A stretch of DNA of 32,798 nucleotides from positions 1-32,798 of the forward strand of contig JANXGZ010000269.1 in the NCBI GenBank assembly GCA_024958995.1. Direction: 5' to 3'. Under the pieces are notes generated by a model. That model was not told the origin of the DNA and searched no databases. It was given only the letters and a program-made list of their open reading frames with translations. The position numbers and the translations under genes were made by a program. This DNA comes from Methylococcales bacterium (GTDB taxonomy: Bacteria > Pseudomonadota > Gammaproteobacteria > Methylococcales > UBA1147). This document shows positions 1-11,935 of the stretch, in pieces (positions within the stretch are counted from its first letter, which is position 1; every line of letters begins with the position of its first letter).

Positions 1-1062
<1,062 letters not shown>

Positions 1063-1089
1063 TCAGGTATCACCAGAGGTAATTAAAGA

Positions 1090-2529
1090 ATGGGTAACCC
1101 CACAGGTTTCATGGAGATCGATCGCAAGGACCGCGACTACGGCATTGTCAACGAACGGATCCAGCACTACCGCGAATTTGTTGTCTCCCTAGAGGAGGCG
1201 GAAGTCCGTCAACAGGGCGCCCGCTGCATGGACTGCGGAATTCCCTATTGTCACCAAGGCTGCCCGGTAAACAATATCATCCCTGACTGGAACGATCTTG
1301 TTTACCACAACAACTGGCGTCAAGCGGTCGAAGTACTTCACAGCACCAACAACTTTCCGGAATTCACCGGACGAATTTGTCCGGCACCTTGCGAGGCAGC
1401 CTGTACGCTCAACCTGATCGAAGAACCTGTTACCATCAAGACGATCGAATGCTCGATTATCGACAAAGCATGGGAAGAAGGCTGGATCCAGCCCGAGATT
1501 CCAGCCGACAGGACCGGAAAAATGGTCGCGGTCGTTGGATCAGGTCCCGCGGGCATGGCTTGCGCGCAGCAACTGGCTAGGGCCGGTCACGATGTGACCG
1601 TCTTGGAGAAAGCTGACCGGATCGGCGGACTACTGAGATACGGAATCCCCGATTTCAAGATGGACAAGGACCTGATTGACCGGCGTATCGCCCAGATGCA
1701 GGCAGAAGGCGTCCTGTTTCGCCCCAATAACCACGTGGGAGTGGATTTCCCCGCACAGCAACTGATCGACGAATTTGACGCCGTCGTGCTCGCCGCCGGC
1801 TCCGAGTACCCGAGAGACCTGGAAGTTGCGGGCAGAGAACTAGAAGGAGTCCATTTCGCCATGGACTTTCTTCCGCAACAGAACAAACGACTTGCCGGCA
1901 GCGAGGTTCCCAAAGAAGAAAGCATTATGGCAACCGGCAAACACGTGATCGTAATCGGCGGCGGTGACACTGGTTCAGACTGCATCGGAACCTCGATACG
2001 CCAAGCCGCAAAATCGGTCACCCAACTCGAAATCATGCCTAAACCGCCGGCAAAGGAAGACAAGGGATTGACCTGGCCAAACTGGCCAAACAAACTGCGC
2101 ACTTCATCGTCTCAGGCCGAAGGTTGTACCCGGGACTGGAGTGTTACCACCAAGTCGATCAGCGGCAAAAACGGCAAGGCTACACGCATCCATTGCGCAC
2201 GCGTGGAATGGACGCAGGAAAACGGTGTCTGGCAAATGTCAGAGATCCCTGGAAGCGAGTTCAGCCTTGAGGCTGATCTGATCCTGCTGGCCATGGGATT
2301 CATACACCCAGTTCACGAAGGCATGGTCAATGAACTGGGTGCCGAACTGGACCCGCGGGGCAACATTCAGGCAAATACCGATGATTACAAAACCAGTGTC
2401 GACAAGGTTTTTGCTGCCGGTGATGTGAGACGCGGCCAGTCCCTGGTTGTCTGGGCAATCCGAGAGGGACGCCAGACCGCCCGAGCAGTTGACGAATACC
2501 TGATGGGGGATTCCGAATTACCCCGCTAA
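1090..2529 (+). CDS. gltD: Glutamate synthase small (NADPH) subunit
   Basis: N-terminal Fe-S cysteines are present ([23 protein letters not shown]). There is a dinucleotide fold [29 protein letters not shown] and a second fold [11 protein letters not shown]. An AGAGG RBS lies about 8 nt upstream, and gltB is 27 nt upstream. Confidence 0.93.
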   Translation: MGNPTGFMEIDRKDRDYGIVNERIQHYREFVVSLEEAEVRQQGARCMDCGIPYCHQGCPVNNIIPDWNDLVYHNNWRQAVEVLHSTNNFPEFTGRICPAPCEAACTLNLIEEPVTIKTIECSIIDKAWEEGWIQPEIPADRTGKMVAVVGSGPAGMACAQQLARAGHDVTVLEKADRIGGLLRYGIPDFKMDKDLIDRRIAQMQAEGVLFRPNNHVGVDFPAQQLIDEFDAVVLAAGSEYPRDLEVAGRELEGVHFAMDFLPQQNKRLAGSEVPKEESIMATGKHVIVIGGGDTGSDCIGTSIRQAAKSVTQLEIMPKPPAKEDKGLTWPNWPNKLRTSSSQAEGCTRDWSVTTKSISGKNGKATRIHCARVEWTQENGVWQMSEIPGSEFSLEADLILLAMGFIHPVHEGMVNELGAELDPRGNIQANTDDYKTSVDKVFAAGDVRRGQSLVVWAIREGRQTARAVDEYLMGDSELPR

Positions 2530-2885
2530 GCCGTCCGGCTGCTCATCGGTCTCCAACCGGGCTCGCGGTACAATAGAGATCAACCTCAGGTACCGCTCCG
2601 CAAGTTGACTCAGCGGCCGGATCGCTGGTCTTCACCGCTCCCGAACAATACAAAACCCTGCCAGAGATAAGTCGCGGCCACTGGGAACAGCAGCCAGCCG
2701 TGTGCCGCAATGATCCTACGCCGGAAACCCGTTAGCACATGCATTAGCCGAGCCGGCAAGCGCAATGTGCTTTACCCACCCCACTGCACATTTGCCGGAA
2801 GGATCGAACCCTCCTGATCCCGGGGCCAGAGTCCCCCGTCCCTTGCGCGTGGGCCTCGACGTTCCATGCCAGCGACCTTTTCAAA

Positions 2886-2914
2886 TTGAAGCTTTGAGGC
2901 AAAATTGCTATAGT
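2886..2914 (+). promoter_or_regulatory. Putative sigma70 promoter with extended -10 (TTGAAG-N17-TATAGT, TG at -15/-14), candidate rne promoter
   Basis: Read directly: ttgaag (2886-2891), a 17-nt spacer ending tgc, and tatagt (2909-2914). It lies in an 890-nt gap with no credible ORF, about 500 nt upstream of the rne ATG. Confidence 0.45.
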
Positions 2915-3419
2915 GCCCATCGTAAAGGAAGAAAAAGAATTATTGGGTTTCGGCTTCTAACCCAGCGGATCTTCTTTTTACGAAAGTCGCTTGAAACAAA
3001 TCGAGTATAAACTCCGAGGGAGTATCCAGCACCTAGCCGTCTGCTTCAGTTTCAAGTTCAAGACGCAAAGATTTTAGATCGGTCCAGACCATTTACCGCC
3101 GTCCAAAAAGGACCTATCCGAGCGGTATTAGAGTTAGACCATGCTTGGGTTTTTTCGCCCGACCCATGACGGGCGACCCGCGTGTCTCACAACGCGACCA
3201 TAAATAGAAGAAAGTTCTAACGAGCCAGTCAATTTGAATTGGCCCAACCAGGCATAAGGCGAGGAGCAGAATCGACCGCTCATCGGTCAAGACACTACGC
3301 CAGCAAAAAAGGCTTGTCTACATTAACAATGAACAGAAATTTATGCTGCCAAAGAACATCTCGTATGCCGGAACATACTTCTTTTCGCGTTGGGACGCTG
3401 CTTATGGACATTAAACAGA
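2915..3419 (+). promoter_or_regulatory. Probable long structured 5' leader of rne
   Basis: An imperfect long hairpin spans 2921-2982 (cgtaaa/tttacg, gaaga/tcttc, gggtt/aaccc). Tandem GC hairpins sit at 3155-3176 (tcgcccg/cgggcga) and 3179-3196 (cgcgt/acgcg). E. coli rne has a long autoregulatory leader. Confidence 0.4.
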
Positions 3420-6047
3420 ATGAAAAGAATGCTTGTCAATGCCACACAGGCGGAAGAACTCCGTATCGCCTTGGTAGAAGGTCAAAAACTATATGATTTC
3501 GATATAGAGGTACCCTCACGAGAACAGAAAAAATCAAACGTCTACAAGGGTAAGGTTACCCGCATTGAGCCCAGCCTGGAAGCCGCTTTCGTCGATTACG
3601 GAGCAGGACGGCACGGGTTTTTACCGTTCAAGGAAATTGCGTCCGAGTTCCTTTCAGGTCCTTCGAAGGGAAGATCGAACATCAAGAACCAGATCAAGGA
3701 AGGCATGGAAATTGTCGTCCAGATCGAAAAGGAAGAGCGGGGCAACAAAGGTGCAGCACTCACAACCTACCTCAGTCTGGCCGGGAGTTACCTGGTCCTC
3801 ATGCCCAACAACCCGCGTGCCGGAGGTATTTCCCGCAGGATCGACGGTGGTGACCGTTCGGATATCAAGGAAGTCATCGAGTCGCTGGAAATCCCTAACG
3901 ACATGGGACTTATCGTCAGAACCGCAGGCTGCGGGAAAAACGAAGAAGAACTCCAGTGGGACCTCAACTACCTGTTGCAGCTCTGGGAGGCCATCGACCG
4001 TTCCACCAAGGAACGTTCAGCACCGTTCCTGATTTTCCAGGAAAGCAATCTGGTCATTCGTGCATTGCGTGATCATTTGCGCGGTGACATCGATGAAATT
4101 CTCGTCGACAGCCCGGCTACCTTCAAAATGGTCCGGAACTTCCTGCAACAGGTCATGCCCACCGCCCTGAACAAGGCAAAGCTGTACGAAGATACTGTCC
4201 CGCTGTTCAGTCGCTACCAGATCGAAAGCCAGATCGAAATGGCTTACAACCGCGAGGTATCACTGCCCTCGGGAGGGGCAATTGTCATCGACCATACCGA
4301 GGCACTGACCTCGATCGACATCAACTCCGGAAAAGCCACCAAGGGCTCTGATATCGAGGAAACAGCCCTGAACACGAATCTCGAGGCAGCCTCGGAAATT
4401 GCTCGCCAACTTAGGTTGCGCGACCTCGGGGGCCTATTCGTCATTGATTTTATTGACATGATGGCCTCACGCAACCAGCGCGCCGTCGAAACGCACATTA
4501 AGGAAGCGGTTAAGCTCGACCGGGCACGGGTACAGATCGGACGTATTTCGCGCTTCGGCCTGCTTGAGCTTTCGCGACAGCGACTGCGGCCATCCCTTGG
4601 CGAATCGAGCCAGTTGCTGTGCCCAAGATGCAAGGGCCATGGCTCAATACGCAACGTCGAATCGCTGGCTCTTTCCGTACTCCGAATCCTCGAAGAAGAA
4701 GCAATGAAGAAGTTTACATCGAAAATCATTGCCCATCTCCCGGTGGAGTCAGCGACCTTTCTTCTGAATGAAAAACGCTCTGTCGTAGAACAGATCGAGA
4801 AACGCCACAATGTTTCCTTGGTATTGCTGCCCAACAAGCAGTTAGAAACCCCTGAATATGAGATCCAGAGGATCCGATCCAACGAGGAGATCGCTGACAC
4901 AACCAGCTACCAGCAGATCACAGGAGAAATCAGTAAGACTCCGGAATTTGCCACAAGAACAGAACGAAAACTGGAAGAACCGGTAATCAAGAATTTTCTC
5001 CCCGAAACACCGGCTCCAGATGCAGAGAAAAAAGGCCCCGGGGTCATAAAGACATTTCTGAATCGCCTTGTTGGCAAAAAGGAAGATGATGAAACTTCTA
5101 TCGAAGAAGCGGTCCAGGTTCCCAGTAGTGACAACGAGGGAACTGCTGAAGCTGAAACCGAGATCAAACCTCGGTCAACAAGACGAAACAGCAGAAGTGG
5201 CCGCTCAGGTAACGGACGCCGTCAGCAAAGAAGAGGCAGGCAGAACCAAACCGCAGCCGCAGAAACCCCAGAACAGGACACCGCCACAGCGACAAGCGGC
5301 GAAAGCAAAGTAACGCCAGACTCCGAAAGTGGATCCGACACACAAGCCGCCAGCAACGAAAGGGAACCAACGAAACGCAGTCCCACGAGGCGTCGGCGGT
5401 CCAGACGAGGTGCGAGAAGGAGCCCTAGATCCCAGCCACAGAATCTCGGTACGAAGGAATCGTCAATTGCTGGCGATAATACACCCCCCCCGAGCAGCGA
5501 CCAGGCGGTCGAACCGGTTTCAACACCCGTTTCGGACGAGGTCAGTGAAAAAAAAGTTGCTGATAGAGATGACGGCCAAAAAACCGATAAGACTAAATCC
5601 TCCGAAGATTCTGCCAGAAAACCACAACGCTCGGTCAGGAAACGCAGATCCGAAACCCCGTCACAACCAGTTAAGAGCCCGAAAACCGCGGCCGCATCCG
5701 ACGACAGGCTCAGGAGAATGACACCCGATTCGCCAGCCGATATTGAAAAGGCCAGGGAGACGGTGGTCGAGGCCGCTGGAAACGACACGGAAAAGACGGC
5801 AACAGAAGCCGTGAAGGAAAACAGTTCCGAGCAAACCTCAGGAGAAGAAAAAACAGAGCCCGGCAAAAGACGGCGACCAAGGACACGGCGTTCGCCGATC
5901 GGAGCGCGCAGGTCTCCGCGAAGCCGCTCGGGAACCAAAACCACCCGCAAAAAAACCGTGGCAACCGCGGAGGTTGCAGAAGAATCACCGAAAAACGATA
6001 GCCCTGAGGATCCAAAACCGGTTGTCGACAATGGAGCACAGACCTGA
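3420..6047 (+). CDS. rne: Ribonuclease E
   Basis: The start was moved to the ATG at 3420, giving [30 protein letters not shown], almost identical to the E. coli RNase E N-terminus. S1 and catalytic domains are present, with the Zn-link CPRCKGHG. The long Arg/Pro/Ser/Glu-rich C-terminal half is typical of the degradosome scaffold. Confidence 0.93.
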   Translation: MKRMLVNATQAEELRIALVEGQKLYDFDIEVPSREQKKSNVYKGKVTRIEPSLEAAFVDYGAGRHGFLPFKEIASEFLSGPSKGRSNIKNQIKEGMEIVVQIEKEERGNKGAALTTYLSLAGSYLVLMPNNPRAGGISRRIDGGDRSDIKEVIESLEIPNDMGLIVRTAGCGKNEEELQWDLNYLLQLWEAIDRSTKERSAPFLIFQESNLVIRALRDHLRGDIDEILVDSPATFKMVRNFLQQVMPTALNKAKLYEDTVPLFSRYQIESQIEMAYNREVSLPSGGAIVIDHTEALTSIDINSGKATKGSDIEETALNTNLEAASEIARQLRLRDLGGLFVIDFIDMMASRNQRAVETHIKEAVKLDRARVQIGRISRFGLLELSRQRLRPSLGESSQLLCPRCKGHGSIRNVESLALSVLRILEEEAMKKFTSKIIAHLPVESATFLLNEKRSVVEQIEKRHNVSLVLLPNKQLETPEYEIQRIRSNEEIADTTSYQQITGEISKTPEFATRTERKLEEPVIKNFLPETPAPDAEKKGPGVIKTFLNRLVGKKEDDETSIEEAVQVPSSDNEGTAEAETEIKPRSTRRNSRSGRSGNGRRQQRRGRQNQTAAAETPEQDTATATSGESKVTPDSESGSDTQAASNEREPTKRSPTRRRRSRRGARRSPRSQPQNLGTKESSIAGDNTPPPSSDQAVEPVSTPVSDEVSEKKVADRDDGQKTDKTKSSEDSARKPQRSVRKRRSETPSQPVKSPKTAAASDDRLRRMTPDSPADIEKARETVVEAAGNDTEKTATEAVKENSSEQTSGEEKTEPGKRRRPRTRRSPIGARRSPRSRSGTKTTRKKTVATAEVAEESPKNDSPEDPKPVVDNGAQT

Positions 6048-6140
6048 GTCGGTCGGTTGCGCTATCAACATCGGCTGGACAGGAAGCCGTTACACCTTGC
6101 ACATTCCACGGCCTGATCAATCCGTGGAACCAATCAACGC

Positions 6141-7523
6141 GTGGCGCTCAGAAGCATTTACACGGTGACAGGAAGCAATGATACCGGCAAGCGGCACGTT
6201 TACACGGTTTCCCGACTCAACAGGGAAGCCCGTACAATGCTGGCGGGGCATTTCCTGTCAATCTGGGTTGAAGGGGAAATCTCCAATCTAGCCCGTCCGT
6301 CCTCAGGACACATCTACTTCACGCTGAAAGACGATCAGGCCCAGGTTCGCTGCGCAATGTTCAGGACCCAACAGCGCAGACTCAGCTTTCGCCCCGAGAA
6401 CGGGAGTCAGATCCTGACCAAGGCCCAAGTCAGTCTTTACGAGGCCCGCGGCGATTACCAGCTGATCGTCGACTACATGGAGGAAAGTGGAGACGGTGCT
6501 CTGCGCAAGGCCTTTGACAGATTGAAACAACAATTGTCTGATGAAGGCTTATTCGACACAAGCAGGAAAAAAGCCCTACCCCCTGTTCCCAACTGCATCG
6601 GGATCATCACTTCGCCGAGCGGTGCAGCGGTCCGTGACATCCTTACGATTCTCAACCGGCGCTTTCCTGCAATCCCGGTCATTATTTACCCGGTGGCTGT
6701 TCAGGGGCATGACGCCAGTCATCAGATCCAGCGCGCCATCGAGACTGCAACTCAACGACAGGAATGCGATGTGCTGATCATCGCGCGTGGCGGCGGATCT
6801 CTGGAAGACATGTGTGCCTTCAACGAAGAAAACGTTGCCCGAGCCATCAGCAGATGCAGCATTCCGGTTGTATCCGGCATCGGGCACGAAACCGATTTAT
6901 CGATCACCGATTTCGTTGCGGACGTCAGGGCGGCGACTCCCTCAGCTGCCGCAGAAACAGCTAGCCCCGAGGCTTCCGGCTGGATGAGAAACCTGACCCA
7001 GTTCGAGGAACAGATGAAACGGAGCATGCAGACCCGACTAGAAAACCATCTAAAAGCCTACCACTGGCTGACCGCACGCCTTCAGAGACTGCACCCGGGG
7101 AAACTCCTGCAGGATCAGGCGCAACGACTGGACGATCTGGAATCCCGCATCAATCGCTCAGTGCAAAACCGGCTTACCCAGCTCGCGGCCCGGGTTTCTG
7201 CGCGTTATGCCGACTTGGCCGGATACAGTCCCCTGCCTCTCATCAAGACCCTGGATACACGTTATCAACTGCTAGCACACAGGCTGATCAGCACTCAACA
7301 AAACACAATGGAAAGTAAAAGACAGCTCTTGGCAAAGCTGAGCCGTTCGCTGGAAACAGTCAGTCCACTGGCAACCCTATCGCGGGGATATTCGATCACT
7401 GCTCGTCAGACAGATGGCACGCTATTACGCTCCGCAGAAAATACCCGGGTAGGCGAAATCGTTGAAACCAGGCTGGCCAACGGCAGCCTGATCTGTTGCG
7501 TGCAAAAAATCAGGAAGTCTTAG
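6141..7523 (+). CDS. xseA: Exodeoxyribonuclease VII large subunit
   Basis: YTVSRLNREARTMLAGHFLSIWVEGEISNLARPSSGHIYFTLKD matches the XseA OB-fold N-terminus. It is followed by IGIITSPSGAAVRDIL and GGGSLEDMCAFNEE. The start is uncertain: GTG at 6141, or in-frame GTG at 6165. Confidence 0.9.
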   Translation: MALRSIYTVTGSNDTGKRHVYTVSRLNREARTMLAGHFLSIWVEGEISNLARPSSGHIYFTLKDDQAQVRCAMFRTQQRRLSFRPENGSQILTKAQVSLYEARGDYQLIVDYMEESGDGALRKAFDRLKQQLSDEGLFDTSRKKALPPVPNCIGIITSPSGAAVRDILTILNRRFPAIPVIIYPVAVQGHDASHQIQRAIETATQRQECDVLIIARGGGSLEDMCAFNEENVARAISRCSIPVVSGIGHETDLSITDFVADVRAATPSAAAETASPEASGWMRNLTQFEEQMKRSMQTRLENHLKAYHWLTARLQRLHPGKLLQDQAQRLDDLESRINRSVQNRLTQLAARVSARYADLAGYSPLPLIKTLDTRYQLLAHRLISTQQNTMESKRQLLAKLSRSLETVSPLATLSRGYSITARQTDGTLLRSAENTRVGEIVETRLANGSLICCVQKIRKS

Positions 7524-7594
7524 ACCTGCCGTTGCCCGGTATTCTTGCAGCATCACCGAACCGGGACTACCGCCATGCCACGATCGCCGAACTC

Positions 7595-9277
7595 CTATTC
7601 CACCAGCGAAAGCCCTTCCCGACGCGGATCACTGGCCGCCGTAACGCGATTTGTCATCTTGTCCCAAAGAATGGCCTGCATGTTGCCGTATTGACGATTG
7701 AGTTCTTTGACTTCGTGTCCTTTCGCCTGCAACTCCTGAATTTCATCATCGCTCAAACCTCCCTTCTCGTATTCCACGACATCAGGCATGTATTGATGAT
7801 GAAACCTAGGCACGGACACCCATGAATCCGGCTCTTTTCCTGCCTCGAAATCCAGCGTGGCCAGAAGGACCATCGAGATAATTCGGCTTCCCCCCGGAGT
7901 GCCGAGGATTGCCACCCGTTCCGGATTTTCAAGGAAGGTTGGCGTCATGCTCGACAACATCCGTTTGCCAGGCTCGATCATGTTAGCCTCGCCCCCAGTC
8001 AATCCATACACATTTCCTCGGCCCGGGTGCGCAACGAAATCATCCATCTCGTCGTTCAGCAGCACCCCTGTCCCTGGAACCACGAAACAAGAACCAAATG
8101 GATAATTGATACTAAGCGTCGCGGCCACTCGGTTACCCTCGCCATCGATGATCGAAAAATGGCTGGTGTCGTGCCCTTCGCTTTCCGGTTCGCTGCGCCC
8201 GGGGTCTATTTCTGCCATGAAGCCAGAACGGTCAACCCGGATACCGGAACCCAGGGCCGCCGCGTAGGGCATACTGGTCAGGCGATCAATGGGCATGGAG
8301 ACAAAGTCCGGATCACCCAGGTAACGTGCACGGTCACGATAAGCCCGGCGCATCGCCTCGATCACCAGATGCTTGCGGCCAATGGCATCAAACCGGGTCA
8401 TATCGAAGCCGGAAAGAATGTTCAACGCCTCGCTGAGAACCACTCCTCCCGAAGAAGGTGGTGAGGCACTGGTCACCCGGATTCCACGGTAATTCGCATG
8501 GATTGGCTGCCGTTCAACGACCCGGTATTGCTCAAGGTCCGAAAGGCTCCACAGGCCCCCGTGTGCCCTGATACCCTGAACCATCGCGCGGGCAACCGGG
8601 CCCGTATAGAATCCGTCCCGTCCACGTTCAGAAATCTGCTCCAGAGTATGGGCTAAATCCTTTTGAACCAATAGGAAGTCCGGCCCTGGAATCTTACCAT
8701 TGGCAAGAAAAATCTTGGCAGCAGCGGGGTAGGCGACCATGACTGGATAGCGAAAGCCGATCAGCTTGAGATAGCTTTTGTCGACCACGAAGCCTTCCCG
8801 TGCAAGCCGCAAAGCTGGCCCCAGGTTGATTTTCAGGGATAGCCTGCCGTATTTTTCTGCCAAGTGAATGATGGCCGCCGGCATGCCCGGAATCCCCGCA
8901 GACAAGGGCCCATCGATCGACCGTTTCTGACCGAAGCTCCCCTGCTCGTCCAGAAACATGTCGCGGTGCGCGGCCAACGGGGCCCGTTCCCGTCCATCAA
9001 TCATCACCTGTTTGCCGTCACTGGCCCGGTGAAGCAACCAAAAACCGCCGCCCCCGAGGCCTGACCCGGAGGGCTCCACGACAGCCAGTGCCGCGCTTAC
9101 CGCAACCGCGGCATCAAACGCATTTCCACCCCGACGCATGATTTCAATACCTGCGCGCGTAGCCAGCGGGTGCGCCGTAGCCACGGCAGAAGTCAGTGGG
9201 CCCGCCTGGGTTTCCGCCGTCAACAGGAGAAAAAGAGCCAGCCAAAACCATCGCTTCGGGTCACCAATTCCTACCAT
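7595..9277 (-). CDS. ggt: Gamma-glutamyltranspeptidase (secreted, autoprocessing Ntn hydrolase)
   Basis: There is a signal peptide (WLALFLLLTAETQAG). The autoprocessing/catalytic Thr lies in DTSHFSIIDGEGNRVAATLSIN, and GGSRII is present near the C-terminus. The SD GAGG overlaps the stop of the upstream ferredoxin gene. Confidence 0.92.
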   Translation of the reverse strand: MVGIGDPKRWFWLALFLLLTAETQAGPLTSAVATAHPLATRAGIEIMRRGGNAFDAAVAVSAALAVVEPSGSGLGGGGFWLLHRASDGKQVMIDGRERAPLAAHRDMFLDEQGSFGQKRSIDGPLSAGIPGMPAAIIHLAEKYGRLSLKINLGPALRLAREGFVVDKSYLKLIGFRYPVMVAYPAAAKIFLANGKIPGPDFLLVQKDLAHTLEQISERGRDGFYTGPVARAMVQGIRAHGGLWSLSDLEQYRVVERQPIHANYRGIRVTSASPPSSGGVVLSEALNILSGFDMTRFDAIGRKHLVIEAMRRAYRDRARYLGDPDFVSMPIDRLTSMPYAAALGSGIRVDRSGFMAEIDPGRSEPESEGHDTSHFSIIDGEGNRVAATLSINYPFGSCFVVPGTGVLLNDEMDDFVAHPGRGNVYGLTGGEANMIEPGKRMLSSMTPTFLENPERVAILGTPGGSRIISMVLLATLDFEAGKEPDSWVSVPRFHHQYMPDVVEYEKGGLSDDEIQELQAKGHEVKELNRQYGNMQAILWDKMTNRVTAASDPRREGLSLVE

Positions 9278-9287
9278 CGGTACAGCC

Positions 9288-10601
<1,314 letters not shown>

Positions 10602-10609
10602 CTGGTTTT

Positions 10610-11935
10610 TCAGTTGCCGTGCGATTGGCTCCTCCCGCCCACCAGTACAGTCTGGAAGTGGTCGAGCTGCAAATGGCTGTGGAAGGCTTTGCGAATGTCA
10701 ACCGTGGTAACGGAATTGACCTTGTCCGTGAACGTATCCAGGTAATCGATCGGCAAACCGTAGAACCCGATCATCGCCACGTAGTTGGACATTTTGCTGT
10801 TACTGTCAATTCTGAGTACAAATCCCCCGGTAATGCTCTTTTTGGCCCGGGTCAACTCCTCCTCGGAAGGCCCGTTGTCGATGAAATTTACGAATGTCTT
10901 CCTGAGAACAGCCAGGGCCTCGGGGGCTTGATCGTTGCGTGTCTGCAAGCTCATGGTAAAGGGACCCTTCTCAGCCAACGGCGCAAAATAACTACTGGCA
11001 CTGTAGGCTAGGCCTCTCTCGTCACGGATTTGCCCGCTGATCTTCGAAACCAGGCCACTTCCGCCTAAAATGTAGTTTCCCACGTACAGCGCGAAGTACT
11101 CGGGATCATGACGGTTCAGCGCGGCCATCCCGCTGAAGATATGAGTTTGCCGAGATGGAAAGTGAATCGTTTGGGTTCCGCCTGGACCGGCGAGATCTAC
11201 CTGTGGAATGGGTTCCGGCGGCGGTCCGGCCGGAAGTTTCTCCGTCAATTCCATGACCATTGATTCAACCCTCTCGCGGGACGTATCCCCAACCACCACC
11301 GCCACCGCATTGCTGGCCACGTAATACCTTCGATGGAATTCCCGAATAGCCCCGACCGTCAGGGCGGCAACCGTCGCTGATTCTCCGAGGACGCGGTGTC
11401 CATAAGGATGACCCCGGTAGATATCCTGGTAATAGGCCTGTCCTCCGACCTTGCCGGGCAATTCGCCGAAGCGTCGTAGGCCGGCAAGAACCCTCTTTCG
11501 TTCCCGGAAAAAATCCATCTCGCTGAACCGGGGTAAAGCGACCACCTTAGCCATCGTTTCAAGCGCCGATTTAAGGATGTCCGTCCTGCTCAGGGAACGC
11601 AGGACCAGCGAAGCCGAATCCCGGGAAACCGAAGTACCCAGGACCGCACCGATTCCTTCCAGGCGCTGAGCAATATGGTCCGCATTCCAATCTCCAGCGC
11701 CCTTGTCCAGCAATCCGGAGGTCATCGCCGCAAGACCGAAATGCTGTCCGTCCCGTGCACTCCCGGCATCGAACAGAAGCTGTACGTCAACCAACGGCAA
11801 ATCCTTCGCTTCAACGTGGTAAACCCGGGTTCCCCGCTCTGTCACCCAGTGCTGAATGTTCGGCCCGGCAAAAGCGCAGGTCATGCCCAGCAACAATGGA
11901 ACCACGATCCAGAGTTGCCTCAGGTCAGTCATCAT
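10610..11935 (-). CDS. M16-family peptidase-like protein, probable non-catalytic subunit (no HxxEH motif)
   Basis: It has a signal peptide and M16 fold-type sequence, but the zinc-motif position reads GLAAMTSGLL. Start taken at the ATGATG at 11935/11932, which overlaps the upstream stop (11925-11927). Confidence 0.8.
   Translation of the reverse strand: MMTDLRQLWIVVPLLLGMTCAFAGPNIQHWVTERGTRVYHVEAKDLPLVDVQLLFDAGSARDGQHFGLAAMTSGLLDKGAGDWNADHIAQRLEGIGAVLGTSVSRDSASLVLRSLSRTDILKSALETMAKVVALPRFSEMDFFRERKRVLAGLRRFGELPGKVGGQAYYQDIYRGHPYGHRVLGESATVAALTVGAIREFHRRYYVASNAVAVVVGDTSRERVESMVMELTEKLPAGPPPEPIPQVDLAGPGGTQTIHFPSRQTHIFSGMAALNRHDPEYFALYVGNYILGGSGLVSKISGQIRDERGLAYSASSYFAPLAEKGPFTMSLQTRNDQAPEALAVLRKTFVNFIDNGPSEEELTRAKKSITGGFVLRIDSNSKMSNYVAMIGFYGLPIDYLDTFTDKVNSVTTVDIRKAFHSHLQLDHFQTVLVGGRSQSHGN

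Noticed and set aside
2795-2830. A tRNA-like T-arm string (ggatcgaaccc on the plus strand, GGAGGGTTCGATCCTTCC on the minus strand) in the gltD-rne gap.
   Set aside because: The stem pairs only with wobbles or mismatches. I could not build a matching acceptor stem (no complement to cggcaaa upstream), a D-arm or an anticodon arm on either strand. It is not a tRNA, at most a degraded remnant.
2765-3496. Listed ORFs 2765-3010 (81 aa) and 3239-3496 (85 aa) upstream of and overlapping rne.
   Set aside because: They have no recognisable motifs and odd Arg/Pro-rich composition. The first spans the predicted promoter. The second overlaps the well-supported RNase E N-terminus in another frame.
5222-6031. 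A 269-aa antisense ORF, and other long alternative-frame ORFs, inside the rne C-terminal region.
   Set aside because: The low-complexity purine-rich coding strand suppresses stops on the opposite strand. The products are Ser/Leu/Val-rich nonsense. RNase E explains the region.
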